This document shows, in pieces, positions 35,968 to 47,479 of a stretch of 64,000 nt of DNA. The DNA lies in contig NC_052147.1 of the NCBI RefSeq assembly GCF_902713615.1, positions 157,702,771 to 157,766,770 of the forward strand, read 5' to 3'. The translations under genes and the position numbers were made by a program. The DNA comes from Scyliorhinus canicula. Its lineage: Eukaryota. Numbering within the stretch: position 1 is the stretch's first letter; each line of letters starts with the position of its first letter. The notes beneath the pieces were generated by a model. It ran no database searches. It was not told the origin of the DNA and saw nothing but the letters and a program-made list of their open reading frames with translations.

Positions 35968-38188
35968 GGAAGGTAGAATCAGATGTAAAGGTTTTACAGT
36001 TAAATAAAGGTAATTACAGGCGCATGAGGGAGGAACTGACGAAAATCGACTGGAAGCAGAGCCTAGTGGGAAAGACAGTAGAACAGCAATGGCAGGAGTT
36101 TCTGGGAGTAATTGAGGACACAGTGCAGAGGTTCATCCCAAAGAAAAGAAAGGTTATCAGAGGGAGGATTAGGCAGCCATGGCTGACAAAGGAAGTCAGG
36201 GAATGCATCAAGGCAAAGAGAGAGCCTATAATGTGGCAAAGAGTAGTGGGAAGTCAGAAGATTGGGAAGGCTACAAAAACAAACAGAGGATAACAAAGAG
36301 AGAAATAAGGAAGGAGAGGATCAAATATGAAGGTAGGCTAGCCAGTAACATTAGGAATGATAGTAAAAGTTTCTTTAAATACATTAAAAACAAACGGGAG
36401 GCAAAAGTAGACATTGGGCCGCTCCAAAATGACGCTGGTAATCTAGTGATGGGAGACAAGGAAATAGCTGAGGAACTTAATAAGTACTTTGCGTCCGTCT
36501 TCACAGTAGAAGACATGAGTAATATCCCAACAATTCAGGAAAGTCAGGGGGCAGAGTTGAATATGGTTGCCATCACAAAGGAGAAGGTGCTAGAGAAACT
36601 AAAAGGTCTGAAAATTGATAAATCTCCGGGCCCAGATGGGCTACATCCTAGAGTTCTAAAGGAGATAGCTGAAGAAATAGTGGAGGCGTTAGTTATGATC
36701 TTTCAAAAGTCACTGGAATCAGGGAAAGTCCCAGAGGATTGGAAAATCGCTGTTGTAACCCCCCTGTTCAAGAAGGGAACAAGAAAAAAGATGGAAAATT
36801 ATAGGCCAATTAGCCTAACCTCGGTTGTTGTCAAAATTTTAGAATCCATCGTTAAGGATGAGATTTCTAAATTCTTGGAAGTGCAGGGTCGGATTAGGAC
36901 AAGTCAGCATGGATTTAGTAAGGGGAGGTCGTGCCTGACAAACCTGTTAGAGTTCTTTGAAGAGATAACAAATAGGTTAGACCAAGGAGAGCCAATGGAT
37001 GTTATCTATCTTGACTTCCAAAAGGCCTTTGACAAGGTGCCTCACGGGAGACTGCTGAGTAAAATAAGGGCCCATGGTATTCGAGGCAAGGTACTAACAT
37101 GGATTGACGATTGGCTGTCAGACAGAAGGCAGAGAGTTGGGATAAAAGGTTACTTTTCGGAATGGCAACCGGTGACAAGTGGTGTCCCGCAGGGTTCAGT
37201 GTTGGGGCCACAGCTGTTCTCTTTATATATTAACGATCTAGATGACGGGACTGGGGGCATTCTGGCCAAGTTTGCCGATGATACAAAGATACGTGGAGGG
37301 GCAGGTAGTATTGAGGAGGTGGGGAGGCTGCAGAAAGATTTAGACAGTTTAGGAGAATGGTCCAAGAAGTGGCTGATGAAATTCAACGTGGGCAAGTGCG
37401 AGGTCTTGCACTTTGGAAAAAAGAATAGAGGCATGGACTATTTTCTAAACGGTGACAAAATTCATAATGCTAAAGTGCAAAGGGACTTGGGAGTCCTAGT
37501 CCAGGATTCTCTAAAGGTAAACTTGCAGGTTGAGTCCGTAATTAAGAAAGCAAATGTAATGTTGTCATTTATCTCAAGAGGCTTGGAATATAAAAGCAGG
37601 GATGTACTTCTGAGGCTTTATAAAGCACTAGCTAGGCCCCATTTAGAATACTGTGAGCAATTTTGGGCCCCACACCTCAGGAAGGACATACTGGCACTGG
37701 AGCGGGTCCATCGGAGATTCACACGGATGATCCCAGGAATGGTAGGCCTAACATACGATGAACGTCTGAGGATCGTGGGATTATATTCATTGGAGTTTAG
37801 GAGGTTGAGGGGAGATCTAATAGAAACTTACAAGATAATGAATGGCTTGGATAGGATGGACGTAGGGAAGTTGTTTCCATTAGCAGGGGAGACTAGGACG
37901 CGGGGGCACAGCCTTAGAATAAAAGGGAGTCACTTTAGAACAGAGATGAGGAGAAATTTCTTCAGCCAGAGAGTGGTAGGTCTGTGGAATTCATTGCCAC
38001 AGAGGGCGGTGGAGGCCGGGACATTGAGTGTCTTTAAGACAGAAATTGATAAATTCTTGATTTCTCGAGGAATTAAGGGCTATGGGGAGAGAGCGGGTAA
38101 ATGGAGTTGAAATCAACCATGATTGAATGGTGGAGTGGACTCGATGGGCCGAATGGCCTTACTTCCGCTCCTATGTCTTATGGTCTTA
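35968..38188 (+). mobile_element. Young 5'-truncated CR1 LINE with a 643-aa uninterrupted RT ORF (36179-38110)
   Basis: [49 protein letters not shown]. One frameshift near 36220; 3' tail tcttatggtctta. Confidence 0.95.
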
Positions 38189-38768
38189 ATTACGGCCGCT
38201 GTTTACAATTTATTTCTGTCATACAGTATTTTGAAATTGCAAAAATGACTTTTGTTCAAACATTTTAAATGTTTTATACTTGTTCTTTTTTCTCCTGTTC
38301 TGTCCCTTCCACCCCCCCCCCACCTTCTATTTTTAAAAATTAATTTTAGTAACATTGTTCCTGTGTAGTCCAACTCACCTTATTATTCCTGGTTTTATTT
38401 CATTTCGAAAGTCAAAATTTCAATTCCTGTTTTTTTTTTCTGCTCCCAGTCCTCTATTTTGAAGGGTGGAAGCAAATTCGGAATATTCAGACTTTCATTG
38501 CGTGGAAGTTGGTTTCAAAAGATGCTTTTTCAGCCAATCAGAAGCCCTGAAGAGTTAGAAGATGACATGGTCATTTCAATCCAGTCTGTCTTTGACACAT
38601 TTTCATGCATCAAACATACAAGTCTCACTTTTGTAGTTGGGTGCATTTCTGAGGGAGGTCGGGGCTTTAGCCTATTTCAGTGATGTTCTCCAAACTGCTC
38701 TCAAATTCCACCATTAGGGTCACTAGCGTGTGGACAATGGGTTCCTTCATCAGGAATCAAGCTGAATA

Positions 38769-38996
38769 GGGCAGCACGGTGACACAGTGGGTTAGCCCTG
38801 CAGCCTCACGGCGCCGAGGTCCCAGGTTCGATCTCGGCTTTGGGTCACTGTCCGTGTGGGGTTTGCGCATTCTCCCCGTGTTTGCGTGGGTTTCGCCCCC
38901 ACAACCCAAAAGATGTGCAGGCTAGATGGATTGGCCACGCTAAATTGCCCCTGAATTGGAAAAAACGAATTGGGTACTCTAAATTTATAAAAAGAA
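38769..38996 (+). mobile_element. tRNA-derived SINE, short A-tailed type with 16-bp TSD
   Basis: aggaatca(a/c)gctgaat at 38752-38767 and 38997-39012. Confidence 0.9.
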
Positions 38997-39937
38997 AGGA
39001 ATCACGCTGAATGTGGACATGGCAAAATTGTGCCCATGCAGGCCATGATGGTAAAGAGAGAGAGAGACTGTCTCTGTTTCAGTCGCCCAGCAGGCATTAA
39101 TAACAATATAATAATAATCTTTATTGTCACAAGTAGGCTTACCTTAATACTGCAATGAAGTTGCTGTGAAAAACCTAGAGAATGATTCACCTTCTGTACT
39201 GACCATTGATACTCAAGACCTAAACCTAACAGGAGGCAGAATTGGCAGGCGATAGATACCAGGCTGTGTTACCTTTATTCAAATTCTATTATATGCATAT
39301 TGAGCTACGTAACCTTTAGGCTGAAGGGTTTGCCCACTGGGAATGGACAGTGAGGTGGCCTGAGTCACAACAGTAATACATGCGTATGTGGCGATGAAAT
39401 CCACTCCAGAATTACTGCTACTAGTAAATAAATATAGCCATGGCACTTAAACAAGCTAATACCTGTGAAAGTATTGCATTCAAAATGGTTGCCAAATTTC
39501 AGATTTGTTCATCAGAATTATATTTACTTCGCCAAATGTATTCTCACACTTGCCCACAAAAGACATGAAGAACCATTCTCTTTTTAAAATTATTGTGAAG
39601 CTGCGTCCACTGCCCTTTCCGGCAACACATTCCAGATCACAATGCCTCGCATCTCCCCAATGTTTATCTTGTTGATGATCTTAAATCCACAGCCGCTGGT
39701 TACTGACCAGGCCCCTCAGTGGAAACAGTTTTTCTTAATTTACTCTATCATAATTTTGAACATCTCTATTAAATCTCCTCTTGGCCTTCTCTGCACAATT
39801 CCAGCATCTTCAGTCTCTCCACATTAACTGAGGTCTGAGGTTCCTAGCACCACTCCAGGACATCTCCTCCACCCTGTCTATTAGAGGCCATCTGGGCAGA
39901 ATGTCTGTTCTCACACTGGCTTTTGTTTCTGTTTTAG

Positions 39938-40079
39938 TGATTAAAACCGGAGAGAGCGGCCTGACTGTCTTCCGATTGCTCACCAAAGAAAACCGCTGGG
40001 CCTGGGTTCAGGCAAACGCAAGGCTGGTATACAAAAATGGAAAACCGGATTACATCATTGCAACACAGAGACCTCTAGT
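39938..40079 (+). CDS. ahr1: AHR exon 9 equivalent (PAS-B/PAC)
   Basis: gttttag|TG, then (M)[48 protein letters not shown]|gtgagt. 142 bp. Confidence 0.95.
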
Positions 40080-40179
40080 GTGAGTTACCAGACCATAAGG
40101 TTCAATCTGTCTCTGTTATCATTCCTTTCTTGACTTCTGTTTCCCTTTCAACGCTACATTCGCATTCTTTAGTTCTTGA

Positions 40180-41200
40180 AGAATGGACGGTTAGTTAATG
40201 GACAGAAAGCAGACAGTGGACATAAATGGGGCATGTAATGAACAGTGAAGCTATTTACATATTAATGGCTGCGATAAAGAGACAGTGAGTAATGTATCTA
40301 GGTTTGCTGATGACACCAAACTTGGTGGGAAGGTAAGCTGCGGTGAGAACACAGAGAGGCTGCAAAGAGTTTTAGACAGGTTGAGCGAGTGAGCAACAAG
40401 ATGGCAGACGGAAGACAATGTACGGAAGTGAGACGTTACACACTTCGGCCGTCAGATTAGAAAATCAGAATTTTGTTTTCAACTCTGGAACATGTAAGCG
40501 TTGATGTTCAAAAAGATTTGGCTGTGTTTGTACAAGGAATTCAGAAAGTTATCATACGGCTGCAGCAAGCAATTGAGAAGGTAAATGGCATGTTGGCCTT
40601 GATTGTGGGGAGATCGGAGTGCAGGAATACAGATGTCTCACTACAGTTGTACAGAGTGAGATCGCATTTGGAGCATTGTATAAATTTTTGGTCTCCACAT
40701 TAAAGAAAGGATGTACTTGCATTGTAGGTAGTACAAGGAAGGTTCACGAACTTGGTCCCTGCAACAAGGACGTTGTCCAATGATGAGAGGCTGAACAAAT
40801 TGAGTTTATATTCTCTGGAGTTTAGAAGAATGAGAGGTAATCTCACAGAAACACACAAGATGCTGAAGGAGTTTGATAGGATGTTTCCGTTGGCAGGGGA
40901 ATCTTTACCACGGGGGCACAAGTCTCAGGATAAGGGCTTGATCATTTAAGACTGAGATGAGGGGGAACTATTTCATTCAAAGGGTTGGGAATCTTTGGAA
41001 TTTTCCACCCCAAAGGTTGTACATGCTCCATCATTGAACATATTTAAAGAGGGATAATCAGATTTTTGCTCTCTCAGGGAATTAAGGGATATGGGGAGGG
41101 GGCGGGAAAATGAAGTTGAAGCCCAAGATCAGCCATGATGGTATTGAATAGTGGAGCAGGGTCAATGGGCTGTGTGGTCTACTGCTATTCCTATCTCTTG
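40180..41200 (+). mobile_element. Decayed CR1 LINE fragment
   Basis: SRFADDTKLGG and YSLEFRRMRGNL, with many stops. Confidence 0.82.
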
Positions 41201-42036
41201 TTATTTTCATGTGCATGTGTCAGTATGATATTGCTTCCTACTTTTTAATGCAGAGCAGTGAAAGGTCTTCGTGTGTCAGATAATCATTTGCAGGAGTGGT
41301 TTCTAAAGCTGACAAAATGAAAGACATGGCAGAGTCTGTGAGATACTAAAACTTACGCTCATCTTTGGTAGACGGGTGAGGAGGAGCCTACATCTTTCTG
41401 GCACACCGGAGGAGGGAATTCTCCTCTGAATTCTCCTGGAATCATGAGGCTTAGCCCTGCCTCACCATTCAATGGGGGTTTCCCTTCCCCCGCCCCCTCC
41501 TGGTAATTGCCCCTTTCTACTCTATATGATTGCGAAGGTTAGCAGCGCAGGTTGCTGATCCCCCTCCAGATTTAATGGCCCTGTTCCCCGGGTGAAAGGA
41601 GAGGAGGGTTTATAATGGCATCCATTCCTTGGCGTTAGCTGAAGGTCACAATCCCGCCCGAGATGACTGGAGATGTACGAGGCAAGTTTTTTACAGAGAG
41701 GGTGGTGGGAGCCTGGAACACTCTGGAGGGGAAGGTAGTGGAAGCAGATACGATAGTGACTTTTAAGGGACGTCTTGACAAATACATGAATAGGATGGTA
41801 ATAGATAGATATGGTCCCTGGAATGGTAGGGGTTTCAGTTCACACAGGCAGCATGGTCAGTGCAGGCTTGGAGGGCTCTGTTCCAGTGCTGTAATTGTGT
41901 TTGTTCTTTGAGACACTCAGCAGCTGCTTTAATTTCGATCTTTGGAGGGCATCTATGCCTCACTTGCCTCTTCTGATATTGCAGTAGTTTCCTTTTTTAC
42001 AATCACGCACTCCCCTATGATGGTAGAAATGGTGGA

Positions 42037-42509
42037 TGATGCACCATCAATGAAATGAAAATCGCTTATTGTCACGAGTAGGCTTCAATGAAGTTACTGT
42101 GAAAAGCTCCTAGTCGCCACATTCCGGCGCCTGTTCGGGGAGGCTGGTACGGGAATCGAACCGTGCTGCTGGCCTGCTTGATCTGCTTTAAAAGCCAGCG
42201 ATTTAGCCGAGTGAGCTAAACCAGACTCAAGTCGTAGTGAAGTTCCAAACAACAGGCTTTAATATGCTAGATGTGAGCCAGGCAGTGGTCGTACAGAGAA
42301 AGGCCGACTGCCAGCCAGTATGAGCTCTTATACCCCGCCTTGTAGGCGGAGCTACCAACCTCTCAGCCAATCGGCGGGGAGTCACATGACCAGCCACAAC
42401 CAATTGGCAGAGAGGCACATGACTTGCCTGGGCCAATGGGCAGCGAGGCTGCTGTACCAATGGCAGCTTGGTTCTTTGATAATATGGTCTCTCTAGCCAT
42501 ACTACCACA
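42037..42509 (-). repeat. 3' LTR, interrupted by a ~170-bp insertion
   Basis: tgatgcaccatcaat|insert 42052-42223|actcaagtc...tactaccaca. Confidence 0.92.
42052..42223 (-). mobile_element. Short SINE with L2-type tail inserted into the Gypsy 3' LTR
   Basis: Minus strand shows a tRNA-like head (tggtttagctcac..ggttcgattccc) and the tail tcacagtaacttcattgaagcctactcgtgacaataagcgattttcatttc. Confidence 0.78.
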
Positions 42510-44227
42510 TTCACCCCTTGTTGAGAAAGAAGCGGGGGGGGGCGGTGGGAAGGAGAGACGGGGGGGGGGGGCAGTGGTGGGGGTGTAAAACTGGTAGTAT
42601 GACTAGAGACCTTCTCGGGTAGTACCGAGGTAACTATGGCTGCCCACTGGCCTGCGACGAACGTGTAAGAAAACCATGCAGTATACAGTGTACAAGAGAG
42701 AAAAACAACAATAACCATCGTAATAATAATGAGAACAAAACAAAAACAACACAGGCAAGGAACATATGCAGAGCGTGAAAAAGGTCCATCAAATTGACTC
42801 GATCAGCCGGATGGGTGCCTTCGGTGTCTTGCCGGACCTGCGCAGCGGCGCCGGTGACGTTGGAGCGATGGTCGTCCGTGACTCCGGGAGCTGTGGTCGC
42901 GGTCCTGTGTCCGTACTCCTGGTCAGAGCTGGTGGTAGCCGGGCCGGGGGGAGGGGTTCCTGTGCGCTGGGTTGCGGGGGCACTGGGGGCGGTCGGGACT
43001 GGGGGAAGGGTGTTGGTGCTGGGGGGTGTGGCCGCACTCCGGCGGGTGCCAGGTCCCAAAGGGAGACCGTGTCCTGTCGTCCGTCGGGATAGTCCACGTA
43101 CACGTACTGCGGCTTCACGTGGAGTAACTGGACTCTTTCAACCAACGGGTCGGACTTGTGCACCCGCACATGCTTCTGGAGCAGAATGGGCCCGGGAATG
43201 GCCAGCCAGGTCGGGAGTGGGGTCCCAGAGGAAGACTTCCTGGGGAAAACAAGAAGACGTTTATGAGGTGTTTGATTCATGGCAGTACAGAGGAGAGACC
43301 GAATAGAGTGGAGGGCGTCTGGGAGGACCTCTTGCCAGTGGGAGACTGGGAGATTTCTGGACCGTAGGGCCAGCAGGACGGTCTTCCAGACCGTACCGTT
43401 CTCTCGCTTGACCTGTCCGTGACCCCGGGGGTTATAACTGGTCGTCCTGCTAGAGGCGATGTGCCTGCTGAGCAGGAATTGACGCAGTTCGTCACTCATA
43501 AAGGAGGACCCCCGGTCACTGTGGATGTAGCGGGGTAACCGAACAGGGAGAAAATGGAGTGGAGGGCCTTGATGACAGTTGAAGTGGTCATGTCGGGGCA
43601 GGGGATGGCGAACGGGAAGCGGGAGTACTCGTCAATCACATTTAAGAAGTATGTGTTGCGGTTGTTGGAGGGGAGGGGACCTTGAAGTCCATACTAAGAC
43701 GTTCAAAAGGGCGGGAAGCCTTTTTCAGATGCGCCTGCTCGGGGCGGTAGAAGTGCGGCTTGCACTCCGCGCAAATGTGGCATTCCCAGGTTACAGTCCT
43801 GACCTCCTTGATGGAGATGGGCAGGTTGCGGGTCTTGATAAAATGAAAAAGTCGGGTGACCCCTGGATGGCAGAGGTCTGCGTGGAGGGAGCGGAGGCGG
43901 TCCACCTGTGCGTTGGCGCAAGTACCGCGGGACAGGGCATCAGGAGGCTCGTTGAGCTTCCCAGGACGATACAAAATATCATAGTTGTACGTGGACAACT
44001 CGATCCGCCACCGCAAGATCTTGTTGTTCTTGATCTTGCCCCTCTGTGCATTATCGAACATGAAGGCTACTGACCGTTGGTCTGTGAGGAGGGTAAACCT
44101 CCTGCCGGCCAGATAGTGCCTCCAATGTCGCACAGCTTCGACAATGTGCCTCCTGTGCCTCCTTTTCCACCGAGGAATGGCGGATTTCGGAAGCGTGGAG
44201 GGTTCGTGAGAAAAAGGCCACAGGTCT

Positions 44228-44552
44228 CACGGTAGCATGGTGGTTAGCATCAATGCTTCACAGCTCCAGGGCCCCAGGTTCGATTCCCGGCTGGGTCACT
44301 GTCTGTGTGGAGTCTGCACGTCCTCCCCGTGTGTGCGTGGGTTTCCTCCGGGTGCTCCGGTTTCCTCCCACAGTCCAAAGATGTGCGGGTTAGGTGGATT
44401 GGCTGTGCTAAATTGCCCGTAGTGTAAGGTTAATGGGGGGATTGTTGGGTTACGGGTATACGGGTTACGTGGGTTTAAGTAGGGTGATCATTGCTCGGCA
44501 CAACATCGAGGGCCGAAGGGCCTGTTCTGTGCTGTACTGTTCTATGTTCTAT
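44228..44552 (+). mobile_element. Young CR1-tailed SINE inserted into the Gypsy RNase H region
   Basis: gtct duplication; near-identical head and core to the 7726 and 21815 copies. Confidence 0.9.
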
Positions 44553-47053
44553 GTCTGCCCGCTTGGTTGAGGGTGGCCGCCAGAGATACATCGGACGCGT
44601 CGCTCTCGACCTGGAATGGGAGGGACTCGTCGATAGCGCGCATCGTGGCCTTTGCAATGTCAGCTTTGATGCGGCTAAAGGCCTGGCGGGCCTCTATCGA
44701 AGGGGAAACGTGGTGGATTGGATGAGGGGGCGGGCTTTGTCGGCGTAGTTAGGGACCCACTGGGCATAATAAGAAAAGAAGCCCAGACAGTGTTTGAGGT
44801 CTTTGAGGGAGTTGGGAAGGGAGAGTTGCGTTAGGGGGCGCATGCATTCGGGGTCGGGGCCTATCACTCCGTTACGCACTACGTAGCCGTGAATGGCTAG
44901 ACGGTCGGTGCTGAACACGCACTTATCCTTATTGTCGAGGTTAAGGAGTTTTGCGGTTCGGAGGAATTTACGGAGGTTGGTGTCGTGGTCCTGCTGGTCA
45001 TGGCCCCAGATGGTGACATTGTCGAGTTACGGGAAGGTGGCCCGTAAATCGTATTGGTCAACCATTCGGTCCATCTACCTTTGGAAGACCGAGACCCTAT
45101 TCGTGACACCAAAGGGAACGCTTAAAAAGTGGTAGAGTCGCCCATCCGCTTAGCACGCAGTGTACTTTCGGTCACCCGTGCGGATGGGGAGCTGGTGGTA
45201 GGCGGACTTAAGGTCCACAGTGGAAAAAACTGTTGTACTACGCGATCCTGTTAACCAGGTCGGAGATACGGGGAAGAGGATACGCGTCCAGCTGTGTAAA
45301 CCTGCTGATGGTCTGACTGTAGTCAATGACCATTCGGTTTTTCTCCCCAGTCTTATCTACCAGCACTTGTGCCCGCCAGGGACTGTTGCCAGCCTCGGTA
45401 ACCCCTTCCTTCAGGAGCCTTTGGACCTCGAACCTGATGAAGGTCCTGTCCTGGGCACTGCACCGTCTGCTCCTGGTGGCGACGGGTTTGCAATCCGGGG
45501 TGAGGTTCGCAAACAGGGAAGGGGGGTCGACCTTGAGGGACGCGAGGCTGCAGACAGTAAGGGGGGGAATAGGGCCGCCGAATTTAAAAGTTAGGCTCTG
45601 CAGGTTGCACTGAAAGTCCAGTCCAAGAAGTGCCGGTGCGCAGAGGCGGGGGAGAATGAGAAATTTATAATTTTTTAAAACCCTTCCCTGGACCGTGAGG
45701 TCCGCCACGCAGCACCCGGTGATTTGGACGGAGTGCGAACCAGATGCCAGAGCGATTTTATGCTTTACGGGATGAACGGGGAGCGCGCAGCGTCTTACCG
45801 TGTCGGGGTGGACGAAACTCTCCAGAGTCCAGTCGGCAGCTTGTTTCACGACCGTTGAGGTGGATCTGTGTGGTCGCCGTGGAAAGCGTGCGGGGCCGTG
45901 ACTGGTCCAGTGTCACCGAGGCGAGTCGTGGCAGGAACGCGGAATCGTCATCCAGGACGGAGTAATCGCTTGCGGGGTCCTCCGTGCCGATCCAAGATGG
46001 CGGCGCCCGTCGGCCGCATGTGGTGGGGGATGAACAAGATGGCGGCGCCCTGGAGTCAAACGTGGAGTCGGGTGCCCAAAATGGCGGCGCCCGGGGCTCG
46101 CACGTGGCATCGGGAGCCCAAAACGGCGGCGGCCGTGGATCACTCGTGGTGGTGGGGGGGGGGGGGGGGGGGGGGGGTGGAGGCAGCGAGGTCCGCAGGC
46201 CACACGGGGCCCTAGAGGAGTGCGGGGGGGGGGGGGGGGGGGGCGCGGTCTCTGTCTGGAACGGCAGCGACCGACTTGGAGAGGCAGACGGCTGCGAAAT
46301 GGTCATTGTTGCTGCAGCTCTTGCAGACTGCAGTGCGGGCTGGGCAGCGCGGGCGGGAGTGCTTGGTCTGCCCGGAGAAATAGCAGCGGGGGCCCGTGGG
46401 CTTGTCTGGGCATCCTGCAGCGCAGGTCTGGGGGTCCAAGTCGGCAGGGGTGAGGGGGCTGTGCCACGCTGCCCAAGGGGCTGCCGCGCGGCTGGGGGCA
46501 TATGCGCGCGCGTTGCGTTCAGCGACTTCCAAAGAGGATGCAAGGGTCCGTGCCTCAGTGAGGCTGAGAGCGTCCTTCTCTAAAAGTCTCTGCCGTATTT
46601 GGGGTGACTGCATGCCCGCCACAAAGGCATCCCTAATCAAGAGTTCGGTGTGCTCCGCAGCTGTGACCTGCGGGCAGGCGCAGTTTCTCCCTAGGACAAT
46701 GAGGGCCCGATATGATTCGTCGAGGGACTCACCGGGGAACTGTTGCCTTGTTGCCAGGAGATGCCGCGCGTAGACTTGGTTTACTGGCTTGGTGAAGTGC
46801 CCTTTTAGGAGATCCATGGCGACATCATAGTCCAGTTCGTCCTCTATCATCGAGTAAACGGCGGTGCCCACGCATGAGTGGAGGATGTGGAGTTTCTGCT
46901 CCTTTGTTGGTCGATTTTCTGTAGTAGTGAGATAGGTATTGAAGCACGCCAGCCAATATTTAAAAGTTGCTGACGCGTTTGCAGCATGCGGGCTGATTCG
47001 GAGGCATTCTGGCTTAATCCATAGTTCCATTTTCAAAGTCTAGCGTATTAAAT

Positions 47054-47356
47054 TGATGCACCATCAATTGGACTCGAGTCATATTGAAGTTCCAAACAAC
47101 AGGCTTTAATACGCTAGATGTGAGCCAGGCAGTGGTCGTACAGAGAAAGGCCGACTGCCAGCCAGTACGAGCACTTATACCCCGCCTTGTAGGTGGAGCT
47201 AACAACCTCTCAGCCAATCGGCGGGGAGTCACATGATCAACCACAACCAATTGGCAGAGAGGCACATGGCTTGCCTGGGCCAATGGGCAGCGAGGCTGCT
47301 GTACCAATGGCAGCTTGGTTCTTTGGTAATGTGATCTCTCTAGCCATACTACCACA
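47054..47356 (-). repeat. 5' LTR (303 bp)
   Basis: Minus strand reads TGTGGTAG...TGCATCA, with CCAAT boxes, TATAAG and ATTAAA. About 14 mismatches to the other LTR by eye. Confidence 0.93.
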
Positions 47357-47479
47357 GTGGATGGTTAAAAGGACCAGGGATTTCCTGGAAAATGAGCGAA
47401 CGTTGGACTGGTTACAACACAATTGCATCTCCCCTGCTTCCCTCCCCTGTTAATAGCCACTGGATGGCATGAACAACCT

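Larger units (their letters stand above)
42037..47356 (-). mobile_element. Full-length Gypsy/Ty3 LTR retrotransposon with decayed gag-pol
   Basis: 5-bp TSD GTGGA (42032-42036, 47357-47361) and TG..CA LTRs. Gag ORF 46212-47036 with CCHC-type knuckles; protease LDSG at about 45830; RT (SPWRAQV, RMVIDYS, DAYPLPRI); RNase H (FTLLTDQRS); integrase HHCC and core (SYNPRGHGQVKR). PPT aaggggtgaa next to the 3' LTR. Confidence 0.95.

Noticed and set aside
46152-46243. Apparent gag/pol frameshift site at long poly-G runs; other long G/C runs at 15203-15230 and 55418-55449
   Set aside because: Homopolymer length is unreliable and mutable, so neither programmed frameshifting nor G-quadruplex function can be inferred.
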